A stretch of DNA of 64,000 nucleotides. Origin: Abditibacteriaceae bacterium (GTDB lineage Bacteria > Armatimonadota > Abditibacteriia > Abditibacteriales > Abditibacteriaceae). The position numbers and the translations under genes are program-made. Shown in pieces: positions 19,357 to 28,645 of the stretch. Under the pieces are notes generated by a model, which made no database searches, was not told the DNA's origin, and saw only the letters and a program-made list of their open reading frames with translations. Location of the stretch: NCBI GenBank assembly GCA_031425655.1, contig JANPJS010000312.1, positions 25,062 through 89,061 on the forward strand, read 5' to 3'. Positions within the stretch are counted from its first letter, which is position 1; each line of letters starts with the position of its first letter.

Positions 19357-19572
19357 ATTCACCGCAGAGACGCAAAGGGCGCAGAGAAGACACGGAGACA
19401 AGAGAAGGGGAGACACGAAGAGATCATTGCTTGTTCGCTTCCGTGTCTCTTGTCTCCGTGTCTCTTGTCTCCGTGTCTCTTGTCTCCGTGTCTCCGTGTC
19501 TCTTGTCTCCGTGTCTCCGTGTCTCTTGTCTCCGTGTCTTCTCTGCGCCCTCTGCGTCTCTGCGGTGAATTT
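19355..19572. repeat. Compound palindrome: outer (CGCAGAG) 9-mer arms, inner (CCGTGTCT/CTTGTCT)n tandem array
   Basis: AAATTCACCGCAGAGACGCAAAGGGCGCAGAG ... CTCTGCGCCCTCTGCGTCTCTGCGGTGAATTT; tandem array 19441-19539. Confidence 0.9.
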
Positions 19573-20555
19573 TATTGTCCGGCGGCTTTGTAAATTTCGG
19601 CCATGACACGGCTTTCCTCGGCGGCTTCGGCGACGGGCACGAGAGGCACGTTCTGGCCCAATTGCTTATCCCAAAACAACTCAAAAGCGTGCGGCAGAGC
19701 TTCGGGCAATTGCGTCCATTCGCCGCCGTCGGCGCCTTCGACAAGTTCACTGAAATAGCGCACTTTGCCATCGGCGATGATGATTTCGCCCTTCGTGCCG
19801 TGAATTTCGACCGGCGCGTGCAATTTCGGGTCAACCCACGAGGCTTCCATCACGGCCAAAGCGCCGCTTTCGAAAGTGATGATACCGGCGCCGTATTCGT
19901 CAATGTCGCCGTAGCGCCGCGTTGCGGTTCCCACGCTGCCACAGACGCTTTTTACAGCGCCACAGGCCGGAATCATCACCCATAAAATGATGTCCAGCGA
20001 ATGCGCGCCCAAATCGGCGAAACCGCCGCCGCCGGCTTCGTTTTTATCGGCAATCCAGCGCCAATCGGTGTCGAACCAGCCGCCCAAACTTCCCATGTGG
20101 CAGTTGGTGTGGCGCATTCGCGTAATGGTTCCGAGATGCCCGGCTTCCACTTCCTGCTTGATGAACTGCATCGCCGCGCTGCTGCGCTGAAAAAAGCCGG
20201 TCTGGAAAATCACGCCGGCTTTTTCAATCGCCGCCTGCATTTGCGCGGCTTCTTCGCCCGTTGTGGCCAGCGGCTTTTCCGCGAAGATGTGTTTGCCCGC
20301 AATGGCCGCTTTTTCGACCAATTCGAGGTGCCGTGCGGTTTCCGAGCAGATAATAACGGAGGTGATTTCCGAGTCGCTCAAAATCGCGTCCACGTTGTCC
20401 ACGAATGCGGCGTCGAGTTCTTCGGCGCGCTTCTGGCCGCGTTCGGCTTGCCAATCGTAAACCGCTTTGACGCGAATATCTCCGCGCTTTTTGATGGTGT
20501 TGATGAATCCCGGCGTGTGAATGTGCGCCACACCGAGAAAAGCTGTCGTTAACAT
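19572..20555 (-). CDS. Gfo/Idh/MocA family oxidoreductase
   Basis: GKHIFAEKP, GGGGFADLGAHSLD. Confidence 0.9.
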   Translation of the reverse strand: MLTTAFLGVAHIHTPGFINTIKKRGDIRVKAVYDWQAERGQKRAEELDAAFVDNVDAILSDSEITSVIICSETARHLELVEKAAIAGKHIFAEKPLATTGEEAAQMQAAIEKAGVIFQTGFFQRSSAAMQFIKQEVEAGHLGTITRMRHTNCHMGSLGGWFDTDWRWIADKNEAGGGGFADLGAHSLDIILWVMIPACGAVKSVCGSVGTATRRYGDIDEYGAGIITFESGALAVMEASWVDPKLHAPVEIHGTKGEIIIADGKVRYFSELVEGADGGEWTQLPEALPHAFELFWDKQLGQNVPLVPVAEAAEESRVMAEIYKAAGQ

Positions 20556-20624
20556 GAAATAAAACCTTTCGTAAAAATCATCCTAATTTTAACCGACAAA
20601 TGCGCGGCGCGTTATCCTAATCTC

Positions 20625-21620
20625 ATGGAAATCAGCCGTCGTAAATTTTTGGTTTTGGCCGCGAGTCTGCCCGTCGCGGCGTGGGCGGCGCCTTATGGAA
20701 ACACGGCGCGCGATGTCGAAATCTGGCGCGAAAAGTGGCGCGATGCCAAGCGCGACCGCGACGTGCCGGTGAAGTTTTATTATCCGCTGCGTGGCGAAGC
20801 GCCGTATCCAGTCATCGTGTTTTCGCACGGACTGGGCGGTTCGCGCGAAGGCTACGAATATTTGGGCCGCTACTGGGCCGGTCAGGGCTACATTTCGATG
20901 CATGTGCAGCACATCGGCAGCGACGAATCGCTGCTGATAAATCGCGCCGACGTGCGCGCAACTCTGGCCGAAGCCGCCAACGCGCGCAATTCGTTTCAGC
21001 GCGCCCGCGACATTGTTTTTGCCCTCGATCAACTGGCGGCCATGAACGAAGCCGCCGCTTCGCCGTTGCGCGGCAAATTGGATTTAGCGCGCATCGGCAT
21101 GGCCGGCCATTCGTTCGGCGCCAACACCACGCTGCTATCGTGCGGCATGAAGATGGCCGGGCCGCGCGGACAATCTTTTGCCGCGTTCGACCGGCGCATT
21201 AAAGCCGGTTTGGTTCTTAGCCCACCTGCGCCGAGAATGGGCGATTATAACTTGATTTTCGGCGCTATTCGCCTGCCGCTGTTGCACATGACCGGCACAC
21301 GCGACGAAAGCCCCATCGCCGACGTTGGCACCACAGCGGCGATGCGCCGTTTGCCGTTCGACAACATTCGCGGTGCCGACAGCTATTTGCTGACGCTGCA
21401 AAACGGCGATCACATGGTCTTTTCAGGCCGCGCTGCACCGGGCCGCGACACGCGATTGGATGCGCGTCATCACGAACTGATTCTGCAAAGTTCCACCGCG
21501 TTCTGGGACGCTTATTTGCGCGACGACGTAAGAGGCCGTTCGTGGCTGCGCGGCGAATTTGCCGGCGAATTGGGCGATAGCGGCGTTTTCGAGCAAAAAT
21601 CGGCGAAAGCAAAAGCTTAG
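20625..21620 (+). CDS. Tat-exported alpha/beta hydrolase
   Basis: SRRKFL Tat motif; FSHGLGG, GHSFGA, TGTRD, GDHM. Confidence 0.85.
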   Translation: MEISRRKFLVLAASLPVAAWAAPYGNTARDVEIWREKWRDAKRDRDVPVKFYYPLRGEAPYPVIVFSHGLGGSREGYEYLGRYWAGQGYISMHVQHIGSDESLLINRADVRATLAEAANARNSFQRARDIVFALDQLAAMNEAAASPLRGKLDLARIGMAGHSFGANTTLLSCGMKMAGPRGQSFAAFDRRIKAGLVLSPPAPRMGDYNLIFGAIRLPLLHMTGTRDESPIADVGTTAAMRRLPFDNIRGADSYLLTLQNGDHMVFSGRAAPGRDTRLDARHHELILQSSTAFWDAYLRDDVRGRSWLRGEFAGELGDSGVFEQKSAKAKA

Positions 21621-21640
21621 ACGACCTTTAGATTGAACCC

Positions 21641-21811
21641 ATGGCCCTCATTGCTATCGGAGATATTCACGGAAATTATCTCGCCCTAAACGACTTGTTA
21701 ACGAAGGTCACATCGGAACTTGGTGCAGGCGACACACTGGTGTTTTTAGGCGACTACATTGATCGCGGGCCGGACAGCCAAAGCAAGCGTTTCCTCAATT
21801 CCGAATTATAA
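21641..21811 (+). pseudogene. Truncated PPP-family metallophosphoesterase (Ser/Thr phosphatase) N-terminus, 56 aa
   Basis: Translated by hand: MALIAIGDIHGN...TLVFLGDYIDRGPDSQ then stop; no GNHE motif seen. Confidence 0.8.
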
Positions 21812-21972
21812 TTTGCGGCAACCCAAAGAATTTTTTGCTGTCGGAATCATTCCATTTCGCCCTCTTGACGCTGTTTCGCGCCAAAGCTGTCGAACTATAA
21901 TAATTTCAGATTTCATTTTTGACGCATTTGTGCTGCATGAGAGATATGAACAACATCCAAGCTCGGATTTCG

Positions 21973-24900
21973 ATGATGCGACTTCTTGCGAATTTCGCGT
22001 TGACGCTGCTGTTTTGCGCGGTCGCTTCGGCCAAGACCGATTTTAACCGCGATATTCGCCCGATTCTCTCGAATACGTGTTTCGTTTGCCACGGGCCGGA
22101 CGAGGCTCAGCGCAAAGCAAAATTACGCTTGGACGTGCGCGAAAACGCCATCGAGCGCCGCGCTATCGTGCCGGGAAAGCCCGATCAAAGCGAAGCCTTC
22201 AAGCGCCTAATTTCCAAAGACCCGGACGAAAAAATGCCGCCGGCAGAATTTCCTCACACGCTGACGGCGGAGCAAATTTCTACCGTGCGCCAGTGGATTA
22301 CAGAAGGCGCCGAATACAAGGCGCATTGGGCTTACGAAAAGCCGCAGCGCGCGGCGCCGCCGGCGGTGAAAAGCACGAAATGGCCGCGCAACGCGATTGA
22401 CAATTTCATTTTGGCGCGCCTCGAACGCGAAGGATTGCTGCCACAGCCCGAAGCCGACCGATATTCGCTGATTCGCCGCGTTTCGCTCGATTTAACCGGT
22501 CTTCCACCCACGCCCGCCGAAGCCGATGCCTTCGTAGCGGATAAAGCGCCGGACGCTTATGAGCGTGTCGTTGATCGTTTGCTGGCCACGCCGGCGTTTG
22601 GCGAGCATCAAGCGCGTGGTTGGCTCGATTTAGCCCGCTACGCCGATTCCGCCGGTTATGCCGACGATCCGTCGCGCTCTATTTGGGCCTACCGCGATTA
22701 TGTGATTCGCTCCTTCAACGCGAACAAGCCGTTCGACCAATTCACGATTGAACAAATCGCCGGAGATTTATTGCCGAATCCAAGCGATGAGCAGCTTATT
22801 GCCACAGCCTTTCATCGCAACACGATGACGAATAACGAAGGCGGCACCGACGACGAAGAGTTTCGCACCGCCGCCGTCGTAGATCGCGTGAACACCACGA
22901 TGTCGGTGTGGATGGGCACTTCGATGGCCTGCGCGCAGTGCCACACGCACAAATATGATCCGATTACGCAAACCGAATATTTTCGGATGCTGGCCTTTTT
23001 CAACAACACCGCCGACGCCGATAAAAGAGATGAGTCGCCGCTGCATTCCTTCTTAAGCGAAGAGCAAAAAGCGCAACGCGCGGCGTGGGAAACCGAGCGC
23101 GCCGAAGTAGATGCCAAATTGAATAATCCATCGCCTGCCATCGTTACAGCGGCAGAAAAATGGGCGCGCGAATTCCCGTTAAACCTTGATTGGCAGCCGT
23201 TGAAATCGGCGGCGCAAAAAGCGCAATCCGGCGCGGTGATGACGACGCGAGACGACGCTTCGATTATCGTAGCAGGCGGCGCCAAAACGGATAATTACAC
23301 GCTGGAATTGCCGATTACAGCATCAAAACTCACAGCGCTGCGACTCGAAACTGTGCCGGACGAGACGCTGCCGGGCAAAGGGCCGGGCCACGCGGCGGGC
23401 AATTTCGTGGTGACGCGCGTGCGTGCCTCGCTGCAAACGCCGCAAGCGCAAGGCGGCCCGAAAGCGCGTTTTGTGCGCATCGAGTTGCCGGGAAAAGATC
23501 GGCTTTTGCAAGTCGCCGAAGTGCAGATTTTCAGCGGCAATGAAAACATCGCGTTGCGCGGCGCGGCCAGTCAAAGCAGCACTTATGCCGGGGCCGAAGC
23601 GAAGCGCGCCATTGACAGCAACACAGCCGGCGAATACGACAAAAACTCCGTCGCGCACACCTCAGAAGGCGATGCAAATGTGTGGTGGGAAGTGGATTTA
23701 AAGTCGGAGCAAACGCTGGATCGCGTGGTGATCTGGAACCGCACCGAACTTCCCGAACGCTTGCAGGGTTTTCGCGTGGTCGCATTGGACGAAAAACGCC
23801 AAACGGTTTGGGAAAAATCCGGCAACGAAGCACCGCCGATTAGCGCCACCTTTGCACTCAGCGGTGCGCGCGACTTGAAATTTGTGGAAGCCGTCGCCGA
23901 TTTCACGCAGCCGGAATTCGATGCCAAAGACGTATTGGGCGCGCCCGGCGACAAGAAAGATACCAAGCGCGGTTGGGCCATCGGAGGTGCGATAGGTCAG
24001 GCGCACACGCTTTCTTTGTTGACCGAGCAACCGGTTGAAGTTCCGGCGGGCGCCCGATTGATCGTGACCATCGAGCAGCAATCGCCATCCGAGAATCACA
24101 CGTTAGGCCGTTTCCGACTTTCGGCCAGCGCCGACACGCGCGCTGGGGAAAATCTCCGCACGCCACCGCCGATTTTGGCTGCGCTCGCTGCGCCGCCCGA
24201 CAAAGCGCGGACAGAAACCCTGAATCGCTACTACACGCGCCAAATCGCGCCCGAATTGAAACCCGAACGCGAAAAAATTGCTACATTGGCCCGGCAAATC
24301 GAAACTTTAGCGCCGACGACTGTGCCGATTTTGCGCGACCTCGAAGCCGGGAAGCGCCGCAAAACTCAGGTGCAGATTCGCGGTAGCCACCTGATTCTCG
24401 GTGACGAAGTTTCCGAAGGCGTGCCTGTTGCGTTCAATCCGCTGCCGCAAGGCGCGCCGATGAACCGCTTGACTTTTGCGAATTGGCTGGCAGACGAAAA
24501 CAACCCGCTCACCGCGCGCGTGATTGCCAACCGCTTTTGGGAAGATATTTTCGGCATCGGCTTGGTTCGCACCAGCGAGGAATTCGGTGCGCAGGGCGAA
24601 ATGCCTTCGCATCCCGAATTGCTCGATTACTTGGCGACTGAACTTGTGAAAAACAAGTGGAATACCAAGCAGTTTTTGAAGATGCTCGTGACTTCGGCGG
24701 CTTATCGTCAATCGTCGCGCGTCACGGCGCAATTGCTCGAAAAAGACCCGGAAAACCGGCTTTTGGCGCGCGGCCCGCGTTTTCGCATGACCGGCGAAAC
24801 GGTGCGCGATCAAGCGCTTTTTGTCGGCGGATTGCTGTCGCGCAAAATGTATGGCGTGCCGGTGCGCCCGATTCGCCCTTCGTTCGGCTTAAATGCGGCG

Positions 24901-25401
24901 TTCGGCGGCGGCCTCGACTGGCAAACCAGCGCCGGTGAAGACCGCCACCGCCGCGCGCTTTACACCGAACTGCGCCGCACCAGCCCGTATCCGTCGCTGA
25001 CGACCTTCGACGCGCCCAACCGCGAGGTTTGCACTGTGCGTCGTGGGCGAACCAACACGCCTTTGCAAGCACTTGTCACGATGAACGATCCGGTTTTCAT
25101 CGAAGCGGCGCAATCGCTGGCGCGCCGCATGGTGGCGATTGCGGGCACGCCCGCCGAGCGCGTCAATTTCGGGATTCGCGCTTGTCTGACGCGCCCGGCA
25201 CGCGATAACGAGGTGCAACGCCTCTTGGGTTTACACGCCGAATCTTTGGCCCTTTACAAAACCAAACCCGAAAAAGCGCGCGACATGGCGACCAATCCCA
25301 TCGGCGCCGCGCCGCCAAACACCGATATCGCAGACTTGGCAGCGTGGACAACCGTCGCCAACGTGCTGCTGAACTTGGACGAGACTTTGATGAAACGGTG
25401 A
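21973..25401 (+). CDS. Planctomycete cytochrome c domain / DUF1549 / DUF1553 protein with discoidin-like insert
   Basis: CFVCHG and CAQCHTHKYDP heme motifs, RRVSLDLTGLPPT, WLDLARYAD, NPLTARVIANR, PSHPELLDYLA, TPLQAL. Confidence 0.9.
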   Translation: MMRLLANFALTLLFCAVASAKTDFNRDIRPILSNTCFVCHGPDEAQRKAKLRLDVRENAIERRAIVPGKPDQSEAFKRLISKDPDEKMPPAEFPHTLTAEQISTVRQWITEGAEYKAHWAYEKPQRAAPPAVKSTKWPRNAIDNFILARLEREGLLPQPEADRYSLIRRVSLDLTGLPPTPAEADAFVADKAPDAYERVVDRLLATPAFGEHQARGWLDLARYADSAGYADDPSRSIWAYRDYVIRSFNANKPFDQFTIEQIAGDLLPNPSDEQLIATAFHRNTMTNNEGGTDDEEFRTAAVVDRVNTTMSVWMGTSMACAQCHTHKYDPITQTEYFRMLAFFNNTADADKRDESPLHSFLSEEQKAQRAAWETERAEVDAKLNNPSPAIVTAAEKWAREFPLNLDWQPLKSAAQKAQSGAVMTTRDDASIIVAGGAKTDNYTLELPITASKLTALRLETVPDETLPGKGPGHAAGNFVVTRVRASLQTPQAQGGPKARFVRIELPGKDRLLQVAEVQIFSGNENIALRGAASQSSTYAGAEAKRAIDSNTAGEYDKNSVAHTSEGDANVWWEVDLKSEQTLDRVVIWNRTELPERLQGFRVVALDEKRQTVWEKSGNEAPPISATFALSGARDLKFVEAVADFTQPEFDAKDVLGAPGDKKDTKRGWAIGGAIGQAHTLSLLTEQPVEVPAGARLIVTIEQQSPSENHTLGRFRLSASADTRAGENLRTPPPILAALAAPPDKARTETLNRYYTRQIAPELKPEREKIATLARQIETLAPTTVPILRDLEAGKRRKTQVQIRGSHLILGDEVSEGVPVAFNPLPQGAPMNRLTFANWLADENNPLTARVIANRFWEDIFGIGLVRTSEEFGAQGEMPSHPELLDYLATELVKNKWNTKQFLKMLVTSAAYRQSSRVTAQLLEKDPENRLLARGPRFRMTGETVRDQALFVGGLLSRKMYGVPVRPIRPSFGLNAAFGGGLDWQTSAGEDRHRRALYTELRRTSPYPSLTTFDAPNREVCTVRRGRTNTPLQALVTMNDPVFIEAAQSLARRMVAIAGTPAERVNFGIRACLTRPARDNEVQRLLGLHAESLALYKTKPEKARDMATNPIGAAPPNTDIADLAAWTTVANVLLNLDETLMKR

Positions 25402-25402
25402 T

Positions 25403-25515
25403 TTTCAAAGGAACACGGATTTGCGCGGAAACGGCCACAGATTTTCGCAGATCAATCCGAGGAAAAAACCGTGTGAATCCGTGGCCGTTTCCGTGAAACC
25501 CGTGTTCCATTGAAA
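25403..25515. repeat. Palindromic element, TTTCAATGGAACACGGA family
   Basis: TTTCAAAGGAACACGG ... CCGTGTTCCATTGAAA; related copies at 55923, 61065 and 63536. Confidence 0.8.
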
Positions 25516-25517
25516 GT

Positions 25518-26987
25518 ATGAGATTCGATATGCAACCAGACCTCGAAAATTTACAAAACGTCACGCGCCGGCATTTTCTTAAAAGTGCCGGGTGCCTCAG
25601 TCTGGGCGCGATTGCGCTTGATGTGCTGCAAGCGCGCCCCGCTGCCGCCGATGCGATACAAGGCACGATTAATCCGCTGGCGCCGCACAAGCCGCATTTC
25701 GCGCCGAAAATTAAGCGCGTCATTTATCTGCATATGTCGGGCGGGCCGCCGCATCTCGATATTCTCGATTACAAGCCGGAACTGGTCAAACGCGACGGCC
25801 AAAACGCGCCCGATGAGTTCGTAAAAGGGAAAAAGTTCGCCTTCACGAGCGGCACGCCGAAACTGATGGGCACGCCGCGCACCTTTGCGCAGCACGGCAA
25901 AAACGGCTTGTGGCTGTCGGACGCCGTGCCGCATTTTCAAGGCATCGCCGATGAATTGTGCGTGATTAAATCCATGCACACCGACCAGTTCAACCACGCG
26001 CCCGCCGAACTGCTTTTATTTACCGGGTCGCCGCGACAAGGGCGGCCTTCGATGGGTTCGTGGGTGACTTACGGGCTGGGTAGCGAAAACGAAAACTTGC
26101 CCGGCTTCGTAGTGCTAATTAGCAGCGGCGTGCAGCCGAGCGCCGGACAAAGCGCGTGGGGCAGTGGGTTTCTGCCGTCAGTTTTTCAGGGCGTGCAATG
26201 CCGCTCGAAAGGCGATCCGGTGCTTTATGTTTCCGACCCGCCCGGCATGGACAGGGAGCTTCGCCGCAAAACTTTGGACGCGCTGCGCGACCTCAACGCT
26301 GAGCAGGGCCGCGAGATGGGCAACCCGGAAACGCAGACGCGCATCGCGCAATATGAACTGGCGTTTCGGATGCAAACCAGCGTGCCCGAAGTGATGGACA
26401 TCGCGCGCGAACCGCCCGCAACATTAGAAGCCTACGGCGCGCAGCCGGGCGAATCGAGCTTCGCCAACAATTGCCTTTTGGCGCGTCGTTTAGTCGAGCA
26501 GGGCGTGCGCTTCGTGCATCTTTTCGACTGGGGTTGGGATTTTCACGGCACCGGCCCGCAGGAAGACATCCGCGACGGGCTGACCAAAAAAATGACGCGC
26601 ACCGATAAACCCGTCGCGGCACTGATAAAAGACCTCAAACAGCGCGGCCTTCTGGACGACACGTTGATTATTTGGGGCGGAGAATTCGGGCGCACGCCGT
26701 TCCGCGAAGGGCGCACGTCGGGCAGCAGCGTTTTGGGCCGCGACCACTTTCCCGATGCTTTCAGCCTCGTTTTAGCGGGCGGCGGCGTGAAATCCGGCTT
26801 TTCCTACGGCCAAACCGACGAATTGGGCTTTTCCGTCGCCGAAAACCCGGTTCACATCCACGATTTACAAGCCACAATCATGCATTTGCTCGGCTTCGAT
26901 CACGAAAAGCTGACCTATCGCTTTCAAGGCCGCGACTTCCGTTTGAGCGATGTTCACGGCCACGTCGTGAAAGACATTCTGGCATAG
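25518..26987 (+). CDS. DUF1501 domain protein (Tat-like TRRHFL)
   Basis: VIYLHMSGGP, RPSMGSW, CLLARRLVEQGVRFV, GWDFH, GEFGRTP, GRDH. Confidence 0.92.
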   Translation: MRFDMQPDLENLQNVTRRHFLKSAGCLSLGAIALDVLQARPAAADAIQGTINPLAPHKPHFAPKIKRVIYLHMSGGPPHLDILDYKPELVKRDGQNAPDEFVKGKKFAFTSGTPKLMGTPRTFAQHGKNGLWLSDAVPHFQGIADELCVIKSMHTDQFNHAPAELLLFTGSPRQGRPSMGSWVTYGLGSENENLPGFVVLISSGVQPSAGQSAWGSGFLPSVFQGVQCRSKGDPVLYVSDPPGMDRELRRKTLDALRDLNAEQGREMGNPETQTRIAQYELAFRMQTSVPEVMDIAREPPATLEAYGAQPGESSFANNCLLARRLVEQGVRFVHLFDWGWDFHGTGPQEDIRDGLTKKMTRTDKPVAALIKDLKQRGLLDDTLIIWGGEFGRTPFREGRTSGSSVLGRDHFPDAFSLVLAGGGVKSGFSYGQTDELGFSVAENPVHIHDLQATIMHLLGFDHEKLTYRFQGRDFRLSDVHGHVVKDILA

Positions 26988-26992
26988 GCAGA

Positions 26993-27067
26993 TTAACCGC
27001 AGAGAACGCAGAGGGCGCAGAGAATTCTTGAAATCCTCTCTGCGCCCTCTGCGTTCTCTGCGGTTAA
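26993..27067. repeat. Palindromic 9-mer element (CGCAGAG family)
   Basis: TTAACCGCAGAGAACGCAGAGGGCGCAGAG ... CTCTGCGCCCTCTGCGTTCTCTGCGGTTAA between convergent genes. Confidence 0.85.
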
Positions 27068-27073
27068 ATTATG

Positions 27074-28384
27074 CTACGCGGGTGACAATTCGCGTTCGCG
27101 GCGTGCGGTTATTGCGCGGTCTTCGGGCAAGTCGTCGGTTGGCTCGCCGTAAGGCAGGTCTTCGGGCAGCGGCACGAATTCACGAATCCAAGTCCACAAC
27201 TGCGAAAAGTCTTTGCCCACATCGCCGGACAAGCAGTCAGTGATTTGTCCGGCGGCGTCGGGATAGCGTTTGATGACTTGCCCGAACGAGAAATTCGGGT
27301 CGTAGAAGGCGTAAACCAACTTCCGCATATTCTCGACGCTGGCGCGCAGCGTGGCACCGTAAGGTGCGAAGTGCGCGGGCGACAAATCACCTGAAACCAA
27401 TCCTTCATGCACCGATTCGCCCGCCATCATGCCGCTTTTCAAGGCCAGCATCACGCCGCTGCTGAAAACCGGGTCGAGAAACGCGAAGGCATCGCCGACG
27501 AGCAGCAAACCGGGCGCGGCGCAATGGCGCGAATGGCGCGAATATTCGCTGGTGATGAAGTAATCGCCGGTGGATTCGCCCAATGCGAGGTGGGTTTTAA
27601 TCCACTGATTTTCTTCGATTTCGCGCTCGAAAATCGCTTTGGGATCGCGCACGCCATCGCGCGTGAGATACGGGCCTTCGGCGACGACGCCAACGCTGGT
27701 CATCTTATCATGCTGCGGAATGTGCCAGAACCAGCCTTTGTCGGGCACATAAGCGACCGTTGTGTCGCCCTCGTCAATGCCTTCGCCGCGCTGTGAGCCT
27801 TTGTAATACGTCCAGACCGCGATTTTATTGAGATACGGGTCTTGCATCCGCCAGCCCTGACGCACGGCAGAAAACGCTTCTTTTCCGGTGCAGTCGAGCG
27901 TCATTTGGGCGCGATATTCCGTCACGTTGCCGTCTTTATCCAGCGCTTGCGCGCCGGCCACGCGCCCGTCTTCCTTAATGAGCGCGGTGACTTTGGTTTC
28001 TTCGCGCACATGGGCGCCTTTTTCGCGCGCGTTGTCGAGCAGCATCTGGTCGAACTCAGAGCGCAAGACCTGCCACGTTTGCGCGATGGTTTCGCGGTCG
28101 TAGCGGTTGAAAAAGTAAAACGGCTGCGAACGCTTGCCATCCGGCGACACGAAAGTCACGCTGTATTTCTTGACGAAGTTTGAGGCCTTCATCTTGGGAA
28201 TCATGCCGATGCGCTTGAGCGGCTCGAACGTGAAGGGAATCAGTGATTCGCCGATGTGATAGCGCGGAAATTTTTCGCGCTCTAAAACCACGACATTGTG
28301 GCCGTATTCGGCCAAAATCGCCGCTGAGCAGGAGCCGGCGGGGCCGCCGCCGATAATCAGAACGTCGCAAGTGTGTGTGTCCAT
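27074..28384 (-). CDS. Flavin-dependent halogenase-like FAD oxidoreductase
   Basis: GGGPAG, FPRYHIGES, GWFWHIP (WxWxIP), GDAFAFLDPVFSSG. Confidence 0.8.
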   Translation of the reverse strand: MDTHTCDVLIIGGGPAGSCSAAILAEYGHNVVVLEREKFPRYHIGESLIPFTFEPLKRIGMIPKMKASNFVKKYSVTFVSPDGKRSQPFYFFNRYDRETIAQTWQVLRSEFDQMLLDNAREKGAHVREETKVTALIKEDGRVAGAQALDKDGNVTEYRAQMTLDCTGKEAFSAVRQGWRMQDPYLNKIAVWTYYKGSQRGEGIDEGDTTVAYVPDKGWFWHIPQHDKMTSVGVVAEGPYLTRDGVRDPKAIFEREIEENQWIKTHLALGESTGDYFITSEYSRHSRHCAAPGLLLVGDAFAFLDPVFSSGVMLALKSGMMAGESVHEGLVSGDLSPAHFAPYGATLRASVENMRKLVYAFYDPNFSFGQVIKRYPDAAGQITDCLSGDVGKDFSQLWTWIREFVPLPEDLPYGEPTDDLPEDRAITARRERELSPA

Positions 28385-28590
28385 GAGTCAGAAGTTTAAC
28401 CCTTTTCTGAAATAATCTCACGCAGAGATGCTTGAAGTAGACAAATGTTCCGTGCCTTTGTCTCATTCATGACTCATTTTTGTAAAATTTCTCGTAAGCG
28501 CAAAGGCACGCATGAGCAAAGGAGGTTGAAGGAATTGCGGCGCGCGAGTTTTCATAAGACCTTTTTCTTCTTTGGGGCCTTGTGTTTAAG

Positions 28591-28620
28591 TTCAATGCTC
28601 CGCGTTGAGCGGCGTATACT
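28591..28620 (+). promoter_or_regulatory. Candidate sigma70 promoter of the KAP-NACHT operon
   Basis: TTCAAT-18 nt-TATACT, 25 nt upstream of ATG 28646. Confidence 0.35.
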
Positions 28621-28645
28621 TTGAGCGACGTTGATTCCGCCATAA

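Noticed and set aside
19298..19834. ORFs with VSLVS, CLRVS or ETRDT repeats
   Set aside because: They are translations of the intergenic tandem repeat and overlap real genes.
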